From Octopus bimaculoides (taxonomy: Eukaryota), in assembly GCF_001194135.2 (NCBI RefSeq), contig NC_068990.1:15977863-16039879 (forward strand): a stretch of 62,017 bases of DNA, read 5' to 3'. The position numbers and the translations under genes are program-made. Positions within the stretch are counted from its first letter, which is position 1. Each line of letters opens with the position of its first letter. Below are positions 1 through 13,174 of the stretch, piece by piece. A model generated the notes under the pieces. It searched no databases. It saw nothing but the letters and a program-made list of their open reading frames with translations, and was not told the origin of the DNA.

Positions 1-35
<35 letters not shown>

Positions 36-36
<1 letters not shown>

Positions 37-200
37 ACAGGCTTCTTTTAGTGTCAATTTACCATGTCCATTCACAAGCCTGTAGATGATCTGGACTATT
101 GTATAAGAGACACTTGCCCAAGGTGCCACATAGTGGGACTAAACTTGAGACCATGTGGTTTAGAGGCAAACTTCTTACTACATAGCCATACCTGTGCCTA
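36..200 (-). mobile_element. tRNA-derived CORE-type SINE (family 1), 5' half
   Basis: Reverse complement of the head/core (…GGTGCCACATAGTGGGACTAAAC…, ACACTTGCCCAAGG) shared with >15 copies in the window; abuts the (TA)n at 1-34. Confidence 0.8.
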
Positions 201-540
201 ACCATGCCTGAACCACGAAAAGAAAATTATGCTATCATAACTTTATAAGTATGCAACTTATTTTAAATTATTGCTTTGGTCTTGAAGATTAATTTTCTTC
301 ACATATTGGTTCTTTTTTAGAGACTTCCTTGGGAGGTGGTTTCAGATTTCACTACGGTCGAAATTTTGCCTTGTGGATGAGGTGTTCCCACCCTTGGTTT
401 CCAACCTCTCTAAGTTAATTGTGATATCTGTTTGAACAATTATTATTATGGTGCCTTTTTTGTCTTAAAGAAGAGTGAAAGAACAGCTTTGGTCATGAGA
501 ACTGTACCATATCTTGGAAATGTTAAGTGAAGTGTTACAG

Positions 541-591
541 GTTGTGTGTGTGTATGTATATTGGTGTGTACATGTGTATATATGCAAATAA

Positions 592-633
<42 letters not shown>

Positions 634-815
634 NNNNNNNNNNATATATATATATATATATATATATATAGTATCTATGTGTGCATACATACATACATAT
701 ATATAAATATATATAAAATAAATATATATGCATACATATGTATGTATGTATATACATATATACACACGCAGACACACACATATATATACACACACACACA
801 CGCACATATATGTAT

Positions 816-879
<64 letters not shown>

Positions 880-912
880 TGTATATACATATGTACATAC
901 ATATATATATAT
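541..912. repeat. Compound (TG)n/(TA)n/(CA)n microsatellite block with small gap
   Basis: Directly visible dinucleotide runs. Confidence 0.95.
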
Positions 913-1433
913 GTTCCCAAAGAGAACCAACCATGTCTCCCTTTAATGATACGCAACTCATTCAAAGAACCGTCCCAGTTGGATAAATTTTGTTTTCTTT
1001 CCTTATGTCTTTGAATGTTTCCCATCGCAACAAGGCTTCACATACACATGTTCTTCATCAGCAGAAAACAGTTGGGCTGTCTAAGCAATTTCCTGACATA
1101 CGACTGTCTTAGTATTTAATGTAGCAAACAGTATGTTTGTTAGTTGTCTCCCAATACAAATTATAAAATGCCTTTGAATATTTGACACTGTCTCAGATCA
1201 CATCTAACAAATTGTATTTTATGGTGTCATATCATGTTAAAAAAAAAAAAAAATTGAAAAAGGTGTGAATTATAGGGAAAATGTTCTTGCTATAACACCT
1301 GTCAGAAATATTCTGTGAATTGTGCTAAACACTGTTTGAAAATGTTTTTGTCTCTCGAACAACAATCTCAGATTCTCAAATGCTATTGTTCATTGGATGA
1401 TTTGAGATATAGTGGAAGCATTTCATATTGATA

Positions 1434-2345
1434 AATAATAATAATAATTTAATGTCTGTTGTCCATGCTGGCATGAGTTGGACAGTTTGACCAGGGCAGG
1501 CAAGCTGAGGGGCTGCACAGACACCAGCATGATCTGGCATTGTTTCTATGGCTGGATGCCCTTCCTAATGCCAACCACTCTGAGAGTGTAATGGGCGCCA
1601 GCATGAGTGTAATGTGCCACCAGTATGATTGTCAGTTGCTAGTACCAGTATCTGCCATTACTACAATTTCACTTGGCTTGATGGGTCTTCTTCTCAAGTA
1701 TGCATATTGCTGAAGGTCCCAGTCATTTATCATTGCTTCCATGAGGCCCAGCACTCGAAAGGTGCTTTTTATGTGCCACTGGGATGGGTGTTAGATATGT
1801 GACACTGGCATCGGCCACATTACCTCCATGAGGCCTAATACTTGAAAGGTGCTTTTTAGGTACCAATTACATGACACTGGCATCAGCCATGATGATTTCA
1901 TTTGGCTTGACAAGTCCTCTCAAGTATGGCATATCGTGAAAGGTCTCGGTCACTAATCATTGCCTCCATGAAGCCCAACATTTGAAGATCATGCTTCACC
2001 ACTTTGTCCCATGTCTTCCTGAATCTACCTCTTCCACAGGTTCCCTCTACAGTTAGAGTTTGGTACTTCTTCACACAACTGTTCTCATCCATAAGCATCA
2101 GATGACCATATCTGTGCAGTTGTCTCTCTTGCACATCACATCTGATGCCTAACTTTTCTCTCAAGACACTTACACTCTGTTGTACATGCACACTGACATT
2201 GCACATCCAGCAAAGCATGCTAGCTTCATTTCTTTCAAGCCTATGCATATCCTCAGTGGTTACAGCCCATGTTTCACTGCCAGGTAGCATAGCTATTTGC
2301 ACACAGCCATCATCCTTTAACATCCACTTGTCCATGCTTTTATGG
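1434..2345 (-). mobile_element. RTE-clade LINE, 5'-truncated (RT C-terminus + 3' UTR)
   Basis: ORF 1898-2335 (…GSETWAVTTEDMHRLERNEASMLCWMC…GRGRFRKTW…ERTCQAK) is a typical RTE RT C-terminus; tail motif CCATGCTGGCATG plus trinucleotide tail at the left end. Confidence 0.88.
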
Positions 2346-2615
2346 GTCAGATGAAATTTGTGGAGGCAGATTTTCTATGGCTTGATGCCCTTGTTATTAC
2401 CAACCCTCATCTGTTTCCAAGGAAGGTTATATTTCCTCTCGCCACATATATTTTCCACAGAAGACTGGAACAAAAAACATTACTTGTATGATGCTGTTTA
2501 CATGCCACCAGCACAGGAGCCAGTCAGTGAGTACTGGCATTGGCCACGTTTCGATGGTGCTTTTTATGTGCCACCAGTACGGAGGCCAGTCAGGTGGTCC
2601 TGGCATCGATCACAT
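2330..2615 (-). mobile_element. RTE-type 3' tail fragment (second subfamily)
   Basis: Similar to 52460-52660 (CAGATG(G/A)AATTTGT…CAAGG(T/A)A…TATTTC) plus GTGCTTTT…GTGCCACC modules. Confidence 0.65.
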
Positions 2616-3085
2616 ACATATATATATATATATGTGATATAGCTATATCTGAAACTGTAGGGAGCTTTGTCTCCCTTGTCATCTTACTTAGATAGTACTT
2701 TTGTGGTTAATGAGTTGTTTTGACTCTTATTTCTAGCAATGCTGGTCCCACTTTGTACCCTCTGTCACTTTAGTGATGTCTATAAATTTGCTTTTAAGTT
2801 GTTAAATTGCTAATAAGCCACCCACATTATTTATATATATATACTTGTAGATGACAGGCTTCATTTAGTTTCTATCTACCAAATCCACTCCCAAGCTTTT
2901 GGTCACTCTGGGTCTATAGTAGAAGGCACTTGCCCCAAGTACCATACAATGTGACTGAACCTGATACCACATGGTTGGGAAGTAAACTTCTCAACCACAC
3001 AAGCACGCCCACACCCACATGCATGTGTGTTTGTGTGTGTAATGTATATGTATATGTGTGTTTATATGTATGTATATGAGTATGT

Positions 3086-3164
<79 letters not shown>

Positions 3165-3771
3165 CATGCGTGTGTGTTTATATATATGGGTTGCTTTATC
3201 TGTTATTTTCCTGTTGTTGTTGTCAGTTTAAAGATAATAAGAATTTGCATCGTGTTACAAACAGACCAAAGGAAATTAGTTATAATGACACATGTTTTAC
3301 TTCAACGATGGAGAAAAAAAACAACATGCACGCTCTCACACACACACACGCGCACGCAAAGCATGGATGTTTGTTTTTTTTCCACCCCCCTTGACTATAC
3401 ATGTAGGCGGTTATTCTATGTGTAGGCAGGGCAGTCACATGAAAGGACATACAAGGGGGTGTTTTTAATCATGTGGTGTGTGTAATATATCCACACACTG
3501 AACATGCATGCATGTTTTACTATGCATGCAGTATGTATACAATATACAATACTTCTCTGCATGGGCACAAATAGCAAATTTATCTTTGTATTATCTTTGA
3601 AAAAGAGCTGATTTCTGTAAGTTTATATTTGTCTTGAAAGAACTAACCAGGATAGCATTTTGCTTTTTCATTTCAGTTGGTCAAATAACATTATCAACAA
3701 CACAAACACACACACGCACAAGCACACACACACACGCACAAGCACACACACACACACACTCAAAATCATCA

Positions 3772-4560
3772 TCATCATTTAATGTCTGTTATCCATGCTG
3801 GTATGGGTTGGACGGTTTGACATGAGCTATCAAGTCAGAAGGCTCTGCCAAGCTCTGCTGTCTGCTTTGGTATGGTTTTTTATGCCTTTTCTAACATCAA
3901 TCACCTTACAGTGTGGCCTGGGTGCTTTTTTACATGGCACCAACAGCAGTGGAGTCACCAAACAATTTACAAGACAAGATCCCTCAACTGAAATGGGAGT
4001 AGTATTGAAATAGGTGGCTTTATGCCTGATAAAAGGAGAGTGAGTATAAGGACTGAAATAGATGTCTTGCAGTAAAGAAGGCACATAGTTAACTCAGAAG
4101 GGGTGGGGGAGAAAGAGAAGGGAGAGAGAAGATGGTGAAGATGTGATAGTGGGGTACATCCAAGTTAACGGGAGGTGTATATAAGTGGAATAGGACAAAG
4201 GATTGGATAGGGTGCATGGGTGGGTAATTTTTCAAGATTGTGAAAGGAGAGTGAGAGGTGGAGAGGAGGGGTTGTTAGGAGGATATGTTGTGGGGAAGAG
4301 ATTCGACAGAGGAGATTGAGAGATGGAGGGGAGCGGAATACAACAGATGGTGAGCACAGGTGGAGGGAAAGAGGAAGTGTTGGGAAGATAGGAAGTGGGG
4401 GCAGGGTGGTTTGTCAGGGATGGATTGTGTGCAGGATGGTGGGTGCACAGACCTTGACTTAATTTCACTTAGCCAAATGGGTCTTCTCAAGCACAGCAAA
4501 TCACCAGTTGTCTCAATCCTTTGTGAATTTGGTAAGCAGAAGTTCTGTCGTGTATACACA
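3772..4560 (-). mobile_element. RTE-clade LINE 3' fragment with purine-rich 3' UTR
   Basis: (CAT)n tail and CCATGCTGGTATGGG at 3772-3810; decayed ORF end …AVLEKTHLAK* at ~4460-4510. Confidence 0.75.
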
Positions 4561-5175
4561 TGTGTGAAAGTGCTTGTGAATCCTATGGTAGATAGGTGTG
4601 TTTGCGTATATACACACACACACACATATATATATTCCCCACAACATATCGTCCTAATAACCCCACCTCTCCACATCTCACTCTCGTTTCACAGTCTCTA
4701 GCAGACAAGGTGTCCAATACTGAAGAGAGGCAAAAATAGCCTGAAACCAGGCTGGTCTGCTGGTCCCATCGCTAGAAGTTGGTAGGGGTTTGCTCCCCTG
4801 CTTGCAATACCTTGGATGCAGCTATGCATCATTAACTAGCTAGAGATGTCCTCTTGGGGTTAAAAAAAAATCACAGTGAAGTTCATTTGAATGGACAGCC
4901 ATGTTGAAGTGGCTACGAACATTACTTGTTAGTACAACTACTGCGTTGATCTCTTAGAGAGATTTTAGAATTAGCACTTTTGCTTGTATATATATATATA
5001 TATATATATCTTTTTAAAATTTAATCTGGGTAAAAAGCTTACAGTGTGCTTTCCAAAGTTCCTCTCAGGTATCTGCTACCAAATGCTATCATACAGTGGG
5101 AATCATTCTGTCATTGGATACACATGTGGAAATCCACAAATATTCATAAAGTATAAACAAAAAATATTAATAACA

Positions 5176-5523
5176 AGCACAGGCATAGCTGTGTAGTAGG
5201 AAGTTTGTTTTCCAACCACATGGTTCCAGGTTCAGTCTCATTGTTTGATACCTTGGGCATGCGTTTTCTACTATAGCCTTGGGCTGACCAAAGCCTTGTG
5301 TATGGATTTGGTAGATGGAAACTAAAAGAAACCCATGGTGTGTGTGTGTCTGTGTTTGTTCACCTTCACCACTTGACAACTGGTGTTGGTGAAATACCTG
5401 TAACTTAGCAGTTTGGCAAAAGTGACTAATAGAATAAATACCAGGCTTTACTAAAAAATAATAAGTACTGTGGTTGATTTGCTCAACTAAACTTCAAGGC
5501 AGTGCTCTAGCAAGGCCACAGTC
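5176..5523 (+). mobile_element. SINE family 1, full length
   Basis: A-box-like TAGCTGTGTAG, B-box GGTTCAGTC, CORE-like CCTTGGGCA.GCGT, central (TG)n, 3' part ATAAATACCAGG…GCTCTAGCAAGGCC. Confidence 0.85.
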
Positions 5524-6715
5524 TTTGGTGAATTTTAAAGTTGATGCCAACATCATTTGGGCAGTGCTGTTGAAATATTTTTCATGTCATACAAATGATT
5601 TAACACTGACAGTGGCATTGGGGGGAATAAAGTTATAATTTCTTGTAACAATCCCAATAATCAAGACCTGTCATATCTTTTTTCCTAGCGATTGATCTCT
5701 GGGGTGCTTTAATTTTTATATTTTGTTTTATGTAAGATCACAGTGGACAACAGTATTCAAAATGAGGATGGGCGAAGGTAGAGAAGAGAAGGATAATGGT
5801 AAGAGTGTCTCTCGATTGAAAAGTCCTGAGGATCCAGGAGCATGCCCTGCAGGCCATGTCAACTTTGGTGTTTATGCGGGAACTCTAGCTTAGTTGTCAC
5901 TGACAGTTATTCCAAGATTTTTGCCTGAGGGAAGAGTGTGTAGCATCTTCAGTGCAGTCTCTTTTCTGAAGTGGATTAATTCAAATTTATTCTTGTTTAG
6001 CTGCTTATTGTATTTTTTCACCCATTGGATAACAGAGAGCAGATCCAATTGAAGATTAATCTGTTCTCCTACTCTATCAATGACCTTCAAAAGCTTAGAG
6101 TCATCTGTGAAAATTCTAATGCTGCTGTGTTTGATGATGGAATCCTATACAGTGCCTTGTGGGACTCCACTGATGACTATTGCTGAGCTTGATTTAACAC
6201 TATCTATCATCACATGCTAGGTTTTGTTCGCCAGAAAACATTCAATCCCCTTTTATAGTTTCTGTAGGACTCCAGTGTCCAATACTTTCTTTTATAGGAT
6301 GTCATCAAAGTGATGCAAGAACTGTGTTAGGCAGTCCCTACCATTGCAGAAACCATGCTGGTTGGGTGTAAGTAGACTTGCGTTTCAGGAAGTGAGTTAC
6401 TAGAGATCTTATCACCCTCTCAAATAATTTGAATATCCGAGGTGAGAGCAGTCGGTAGTTCACTGCCAGTAATTTGTTGCCCTTTTTGAAAACTGGGACA
6501 GTCAACTGGGATAGGAAATTTTCAGGAATATAACCATCTCCAATGATTTCCTCCAGAGAATAGCTAAAGGGAATGCCAGTTGATGACAGCATTCCTTCAG
6601 GACTCTAGCGGGGAACCTGTCAGGGCCTGCTACTGAGTTGTTTGTAGTTTTGTTAATAGCTGCTATGATATCTGAGGCGCCAAATGATGTATTGGATAGG
6701 GTGATAAATGATATG
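5524..6715 (-). mobile_element. CR1/L2/Jockey-group LINE reverse transcriptase remnant (decayed)
   Basis: Translated pieces NSVAGPDRFPARVLKECCHQLAFPLAILWRKSL, LTVPVFKKGNKLLAVNYRLLS, TVSGVPQGTV.DSIIK, and C-terminal PNDVGINFKIHQR; many stops and frameshifts. Confidence 0.85.
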
Positions 6716-7171
6716 TGATAAGTATATATATAAAAAAAAAATACTCCACACAAGTCTCAAGATACAGAAAAATAATAAAAAGAAGAAAATAGGCTATTTC
6801 TTTTACATTGCATTTAATTAATTCCAAAATATATAATTACTGCCAACTCTTTTAAAAATACATGTATTGAAAAATAAATTGTCAATCAAATTATTTCAAA
6901 AGATTGCTATACATATTCTAAAGTATCACTTATCTAAATACATAACTACAAGCAAACGATTTTAAGATTATGTATTCCAAAATACATTTTTACATTATAT
7001 AACACATTTTATATTACCTCCATTGTCATCTTGTGAGTCTCTAACAAAGCTACATATTAAATGCAGGCTAGTTGCAATCATTACAAACGTACATTACAAG
7101 GAAAATCTTCTCTAAGAAGTGAAACTAGTTTGTACTTATGTGCTTTACGTATTTTTGTAATTAATATAAAA

Positions 7172-10100
7172 ATCATCATCATCATCATTTAACTCCATTT
7201 TCTATGCTGGCATGGGTTAGATGGTTTGACTAGAGCAGGCGAACTGCACTAGACTCCAGTCTGATTTGGCATGGTTTCTATAGCTGGATGCTCTTCCTAA
7301 TGCTAACCACTTACAGAGTGTGCTGGGTGCTTTTATGTGACACTGCATGAGTACTTTTACATGATACCGCATGGGCATTTTTACGTGGCACTGCACGGGC
7401 ACTTTTATGTGGCACCGCACAGGTGCTTTTATGTGGCACTGCATGGGCACTTTTATGTAGCACCACCATGAGTGCTTTACACCACCAGAGGGACTGGTCT
7501 TGACACTTCTGCTGCAGAGTACGGGATCTTCTTGAGTACAACAAGACACCAGGCATCTCGCCTGAAAGGTTCAACACCCTGAGGTCATTCTTCAGTACTT
7601 CTTCCTGTGTCTTCCACTTGCACATGTTCCATCTACTCTGAGAGATTGCCTCTTCTTTATGGAGCTATTGTCATCCATCTGCATCACATGACCAAACCAG
7701 CGCAGTTTTCTCTCTTACACACAGCAACTAATTCCTCTTATACCTAAATTCTCACTCAAAATACTAGCACTCTGTCGAACATGTACACATCAGCGGAGCA
7801 TACTAGCCTCATTCCTTTCTAACCATCGCATATCTTCTGCATTCAAGGCCCACATCTCACAACCATGTACAATTGCTGTCCGCATACATGCCTCATACAA
7901 TATTCCTTTTGTGGCCAACAGAGGTAATAGCTCTCTGAATTTCCTACATCCTATTCTTATTTTAGCTATCACACTCTCTGTGCATCCTCTTCCACTACTA
8001 ATTTGGTCCCCTAGGTAGCAGAAATTATCTACTACCTCTAATGAGGCACTAGAGCATTTGAGAGAATTAATTTCCTGAGTGTCTAAAGTTTTTGTGGATC
8101 CTATGCATCTTCCACATACGAAAACTATCTTCGATAACCTTCCTATTAATCCACTTCACTTCTTGTGTGCCCATAGCTTACACTGGGTGCACCGTATGAA
8201 GTTCCTGCCTACACCTTTTGTACAAATAGAACAGGGCCACCTACCTGATGGAGTGTTGGGTCCTGTCAGTTTTCTTGCTTACTAGGACCTTAGTCTTTGC
8301 TAAGTTAACCTTAAGGCCCTTAGATTCCAGCTTTTGCTGCTACACCTGGAATTTCTCATCTAGCTCTGATATTGAATCTGCTGTGAGGGCGAAATCATCG
8401 GCATACAGTATTTCTCAGAGGCTGTCAGTCTTAAATTCTTTTGTTATGGCCTGGGGGACAATGATGTAAAGGAGGTGACTAAGGACTAATCCTTGATGAA
8501 CTCATATCTGTACACCAAATTCTTCGCTGTACTTGTGGTTAACTCTCACCTTACTGACAGCATGTTTGTATATGACCTGTACAGTTTTCACCTGGTACTC
8601 ATCAATCCCTAGCCTTCTCAGAGCTCACCATATCACATAGTGGGGCACTCTTTCTAGATTAACTAATGCCAAATATAATGGCTTATTCATAGCTAAGTAC
8701 TTCACTTACAGTTGCCTGACTGTGAAAATAGTGTCAGTAGTGCTTCTTCCGAGGACAAAACTTAACTGCATTTCGTCTAGCCTAATTCTGCTCCTGATTA
8801 ATTGGGCTATAACCCTCTCTGTAATTTTCATCACCTGGTCCAGGAGTTTAATGCCTCTATAATTGATTCTATCTAAAGCATCGCCCTGACCCTTGTAGCA
8901 GCTAACAATTATGCTGCCATACTAGCCACTAGGTATTACACCTTTCTGAATGACCTGATTAACTATGTCGGTGACTAGCCTGTATCCTACCTTACTTGAT
9001 ATTTTGAGCATCTCAGCTGTGATTCTGGATGGACCCAGTGCTTTCCTGGTTTTTAATTACCTTATCTGTCATACTGCTGTCCAATAGGATAGCCATCCCT
9101 CTGTTGGGTTCACATGAGAGAGACTCCCTTTATCTCATTCATTCTCTACATTCAACAGTCTTGCATAGTAACTTTTCCATGCCTCTTTCTTGCCCACATC
9201 ACTAAGTGCAAGCATACCATTATCTATCCATACACACTTCTCTACTACAATATCTCATTTCTCAGTGACACACTGACTAGTAATCTGGAACACTTCAAGT
9301 TTCTGATCTTCACGCTGTAAGACATTGGCAAACCTCTTCTTTTCTGCTTCTACCCTAGCTAGATAAACCTGTTGTCTAGCCTCTCCTTTAGCCTTCTGAT
9401 ATGAATCTTTGCTACCACACCATCTTTTCCACTTTTTCCAGACCCATCTCTTCTCCTTTATGGCCATGTCAACGTTACTGTTCCACTACCATGTCACCCT
9501 TGGTTTGGCGGAGGCTTTGCTCCAACCATAAATTTGGTCTGTTGCCCTTAGTAGACTGTCCCTTAGGTACTTCCAGTTGCCCTTTATGTCACATATCTCT
9601 ATCTCTCCCTTCTTATTATCATAGGCCTCTCTGAGGACATCTCTAAATCTCTGCCTGTTTGAAAGATCATTGAGATTCCACAGCCTCCTTTTCCATATTG
9701 GCTTGTGTCTCAGGATTTTTCTAGCCCTGAGCCTGAAGTCACTAACCACTAGCTTATGTTGAGTTGTACATTCTTCCCCTGGGAAAGATCTTGCATTTAA
9801 GAGCATACATCTATCTCTGCCTGGTGAGGAAGTAATCGTTCTGGCTGGTGTGTTCCCCAGAGCATCGCAAAACTCCAGCAGCCTTGTCCCCTCCTCATTT
9901 CTGGAACCATGCACACCCTGAAATCCATTGGAGTGTTTTCCAACATGTCCATTAAAGTCTCCTGCCATGATGAGAATGTCATTGAAGTAGTCATCAGAAG
10001 AGATTCGTAGAAGTAGTCCTTCTGAGTATCTGCGGGTCTGGCATGTGGAGCATATGCAGAGATAAGTGACACATCAAAAGAAAGCTATTCAAAGTTACAT

Positions 10101-10321
10101 CAGACAAGGCCATTCATGGCTTAATAATCCTATCACATACCCTGACTACTTCAATCACCTTATATGCTCATTTCTCTGCTAATAGAATACCTATGCCACT
10201 TGGGCCTTCATTGTTGCCAACCCAGAAAAATTTGTATCTACTCCCTTTGCCCGTAAGCAGTCTAGGTGAGGTTCCCCTCCATCGTACCTCTTAGACACAG
10301 CATTCATCTACATGTCTCTGC
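7172..10321 (-). mobile_element. Near-full-length RTE-clade LINE (APE endonuclease + RT), pseudogenised
   Basis: APE motifs EVRWRG…RYKFFWVG…GIGILL, LISAYAP, AGDFNGHVG; RT C-terminus HGCEMWALNAEDMRWLERNEASMLR; (GAT)n tail; ~3.15 kb; many stops. Confidence 0.92.
7327..7472. repeat. 24-bp minisatellite (~6 units) in the RTE 3' UTR
   Basis: Units of the form GTGCTTTTATGTGGCACTGCATGG repeated with substitutions. Confidence 0.8.
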
Positions 10322-12109
10322 TACATAACCTTAAGATGATTTGATTGTTGTAATACGTTTGGACATAGTACTATATTTTGGAATATGTAATAATGTATTT
10401 TGAAATAATTTGATTGTGATAATCTGTTTTTCAATACATATCATTGTATTTTGAACTTATTTAATTGTAATAATATACTTTGGAATTAACTGCACGGCAA
10501 AAGGAAATAGCGTATTTTCTTTTATTATTTTCCCCCATACTTAATTGATTCTTAATTGTAAAACTCAAAGTGAATAAAGCTATAAATAATAGCATGTAAA
10601 TATTGTGTTCAAACCTGGAAATGTCACTGCCTCATACACACACACAAACAGGGCACAAGTGCTTACATACACATATGCATAAACGTGTGTACACATTAGT
10701 GTGTCCGTGCATAAAAAGGAAAGACATAGATATACAAAGAACAGAAGGCGTAGACACATTCATACTAGCGTACATGAATGTGCACATACACTGTGTTCAC
10801 GAATGCATACGTACATGTATGATTTACATACACAAACAGACGGATATACACTTCCACACGACATATTTGAAGAAACATGTATTATCTTAATGAATTGCTG
10901 TCTCTTTCCCTCGCATTCCTCCATCTTTGCTCATATATCATTTCCTTTTCCGCCTAAAAGAGAGTAGGGGACGTTAACAAATGTGAAAATTTGTAACTAC
11001 ATACGATACACTTCCTAGACATATTAATCAGTTAGTGGCCAGCTGTTATATTAAGCGACAATAATATTGTGGAACAAAAATACTCAGAAAAAGCAAAATG
11101 TCTTCCACTTGTTGATCGTTGACACTTTCACGAACGGTTAAAGGTTGCACACAAGTTTCATTGACTGCACACATGAAATTGCTAATGATTATAATAAAGC
11201 AGGTGTTGGCAATCTGGTGCTACTGGAAATATCTTAGAATCTGTGAAACTAATTCACACAGGAAGTTTGACACAACATCCTGTCGAACAACCAATGATAC
11301 CCAGAAAGTATCTATTAATTTTTTCTTTTGTTCATTCTTTTTCTGTAACCGATTTAATGATCGATTGTTTTGTTGCGCGTTCATTCCGTTTGTCTATGGA
11401 TGTTCATGGAAAATCGTAGACGATTGAGTAAGGTTGGATGTTGGGAACCCCCACCTCACCCCAACAGTTTACCATTTAATATATTGTCGCAACGTTAGAG
11501 CGTCGAGAAAAAATTGCTTTACACTATTAGTCCCGACTCCTTACATTCTGAGTTCAAGACCTACCGTGGTTAACGTTGTTTTTCTAGATCGACAAAATAA
11601 AGTGCCAGTCACGTTTTTGAGCGATGGTATCGACTAATCATGTCTTCTTTCAAAATTCTTGGCCTTTTGTACCTTAGGTTAGAACTGGGCATAATTACAC
11701 AGTTGCCATAGGCACTGACTTCATTTCTTTATAACTTTCAGGAAAATGGAATTATTTTTTTATGAAATTTTCTACGAGAACGTTTCAGATGGTGTAAATT
11801 ACAATTACATCTGGATTTAATTTGAATAAACGATGGGACAGATATTTCACGCACCTCGACTTTGTTTCCTCATACGTTTTGATGAAGTAAATTACAAGTT
11901 GAAAAAAAAAATGACTTTTGAGGGCTAAGCCACCCTTTTCTCTTCTGGAATTTGTTAAATGGAATGTTTTAATAAAATTAAATTTTCCAGAGATACTGGC
12001 ATAATTTGAAAAAGAAAAAAAAAGAAAAAACAATCATAATGTCAGGAGTGAATTTGTTGGTATGGCTGTTTAGTGTGATATAAGCCTGGAAAATTTCGTT
12101 AAAAAAATA

Positions 12110-12477
12110 TACTCTTTTACTTGTTTCAGTCATCTGACCGCGGCCATGCTGAAGCACCGCCTTTAGTCGAGCAAATCGACCCTGGGATGTATTCTTTGTA
12201 AGCCTAGTACTTACTCTATCGGTCACTTTTACCGAACCGCTAATGTTACGGGGACGTAAACACACCAGCATCGGTTGTCAAGCGATGTTGGGGGGACAGA
12301 CACACACACACACATATATACATATATACGATGGGCTTCTTTCAGTTTCCGTCTACAAAATCCAGTTACAAGGCTTTGGTCGGCCCGAGGCTATAGTAGA
12401 AGACACTTGCCCAAGATGCCACACAGTGGGACTGAACCCGGAACCATGTGGTTGGTAAGCAACCACTCCTGCGCCTA
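12110..12477 (-). mobile_element. SINE family 1, near-consensus full-length copy
   Basis: Complete head (AGGCGCAGGAGTGG…GGTTCCGGGTTCAGTCCC), CORE-like GGCATCTTGGGCAAGTGTC and tail …TGACTGAAACAAGTAAAAGAGT; CpGs intact. Confidence 0.92.
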
Positions 12478-12981
12478 TATGTATTCATTTAACAAATTCC
12501 AGATTAGAGTAGACCTCGAAAATTTTTCCCAGTATGATTGCAATCTACATCGTCAAAACGTATGCAATAAAACTACATTATCCAACGTAGTCAAAGACTC
12601 GTTTTTAAGACGGTAGTATAGATTTAAGAGAAATTTGGCTGCTGTTTCTAGCAAGGTCAAGCAGTATAAGCGGCTCCATTGTTTGCACATCAACGATATT
12701 GTTTTCTTTTACCTCGTGTGTGTAGGTTGGTGGGGAAGAAGTTGTTCTTTTTACAAGTTTTTTTTTCTTTGCCGATATTCAAGTCAGTCACAAAGTGGCA
12801 AGGCTCTTTTAAAGCAAGATAACTGGTTACCTGAATCGCTTGATTTATACACACACGTACAGGTATATGTACATATAAAGACATACAGACACATAGATAT
12901 ACACATATATAGGCTTTTTAAGGTCCTGATAATTAAATATACTTTCACTGCTTTGAGAAATACAATTTGATGGTCTACGTT

Positions 12982-13174
12982 GTCACATGACAAATGAATG
13001 TGACGGCAAGATGGCGCTTTGTTTCCTTATCCTCCGTCGGGTGTGAATTCAGAAGTACATCAACTAAGTTGAAATAGATATCGGTGAAATCAGCGAAGCA
13101 TGACGATAAAGTATTTAGCAGCAAAATGAGATTGAGACAGATTATATCGAGCTTTTGTAAAAAGGATGGTATTA
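12982..13174. promoter_or_regulatory. Candidate housekeeping-type core promoter / first exon (E-box + YY1)
   Basis: Palindromic GTCACATGAC at 12982-12991; YY1 consensus CAAGATGGCG at 13007-13016; possible plus-strand donor ATG|GTATTA at 13168/13169. Confidence 0.5.

Larger units (their letters stand above)
6820..10487. mobile_element. Old long-TIR non-autonomous DNA element (arms 6820-6974 and 10322-10487) interrupted by an RTE LINE
   Basis: The two ~160 bp arms are diverged reverse complements (AATTCCAAA…TGTATTGAAAAA…CAATCAAATTATTTCAAAA…TTAAG.TTATGTA); TTAA/TA at both outer ends. Confidence 0.65.

Noticed and set aside
912-1110. Minus frame …[42 protein letters not shown]…, where all three internal stops are TGA and one gives a UxxC-like motif
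   Set aside because: TGA-only stops are what CGA decay in a methylated TE would give; weak splice sites, no SECIS or selenoprotein similarity recognised
12430-12477. tRNA-like A/B boxes as tRNA genes
   Set aside because: They are SINE heads followed by core and tail; no complete cloverleaf
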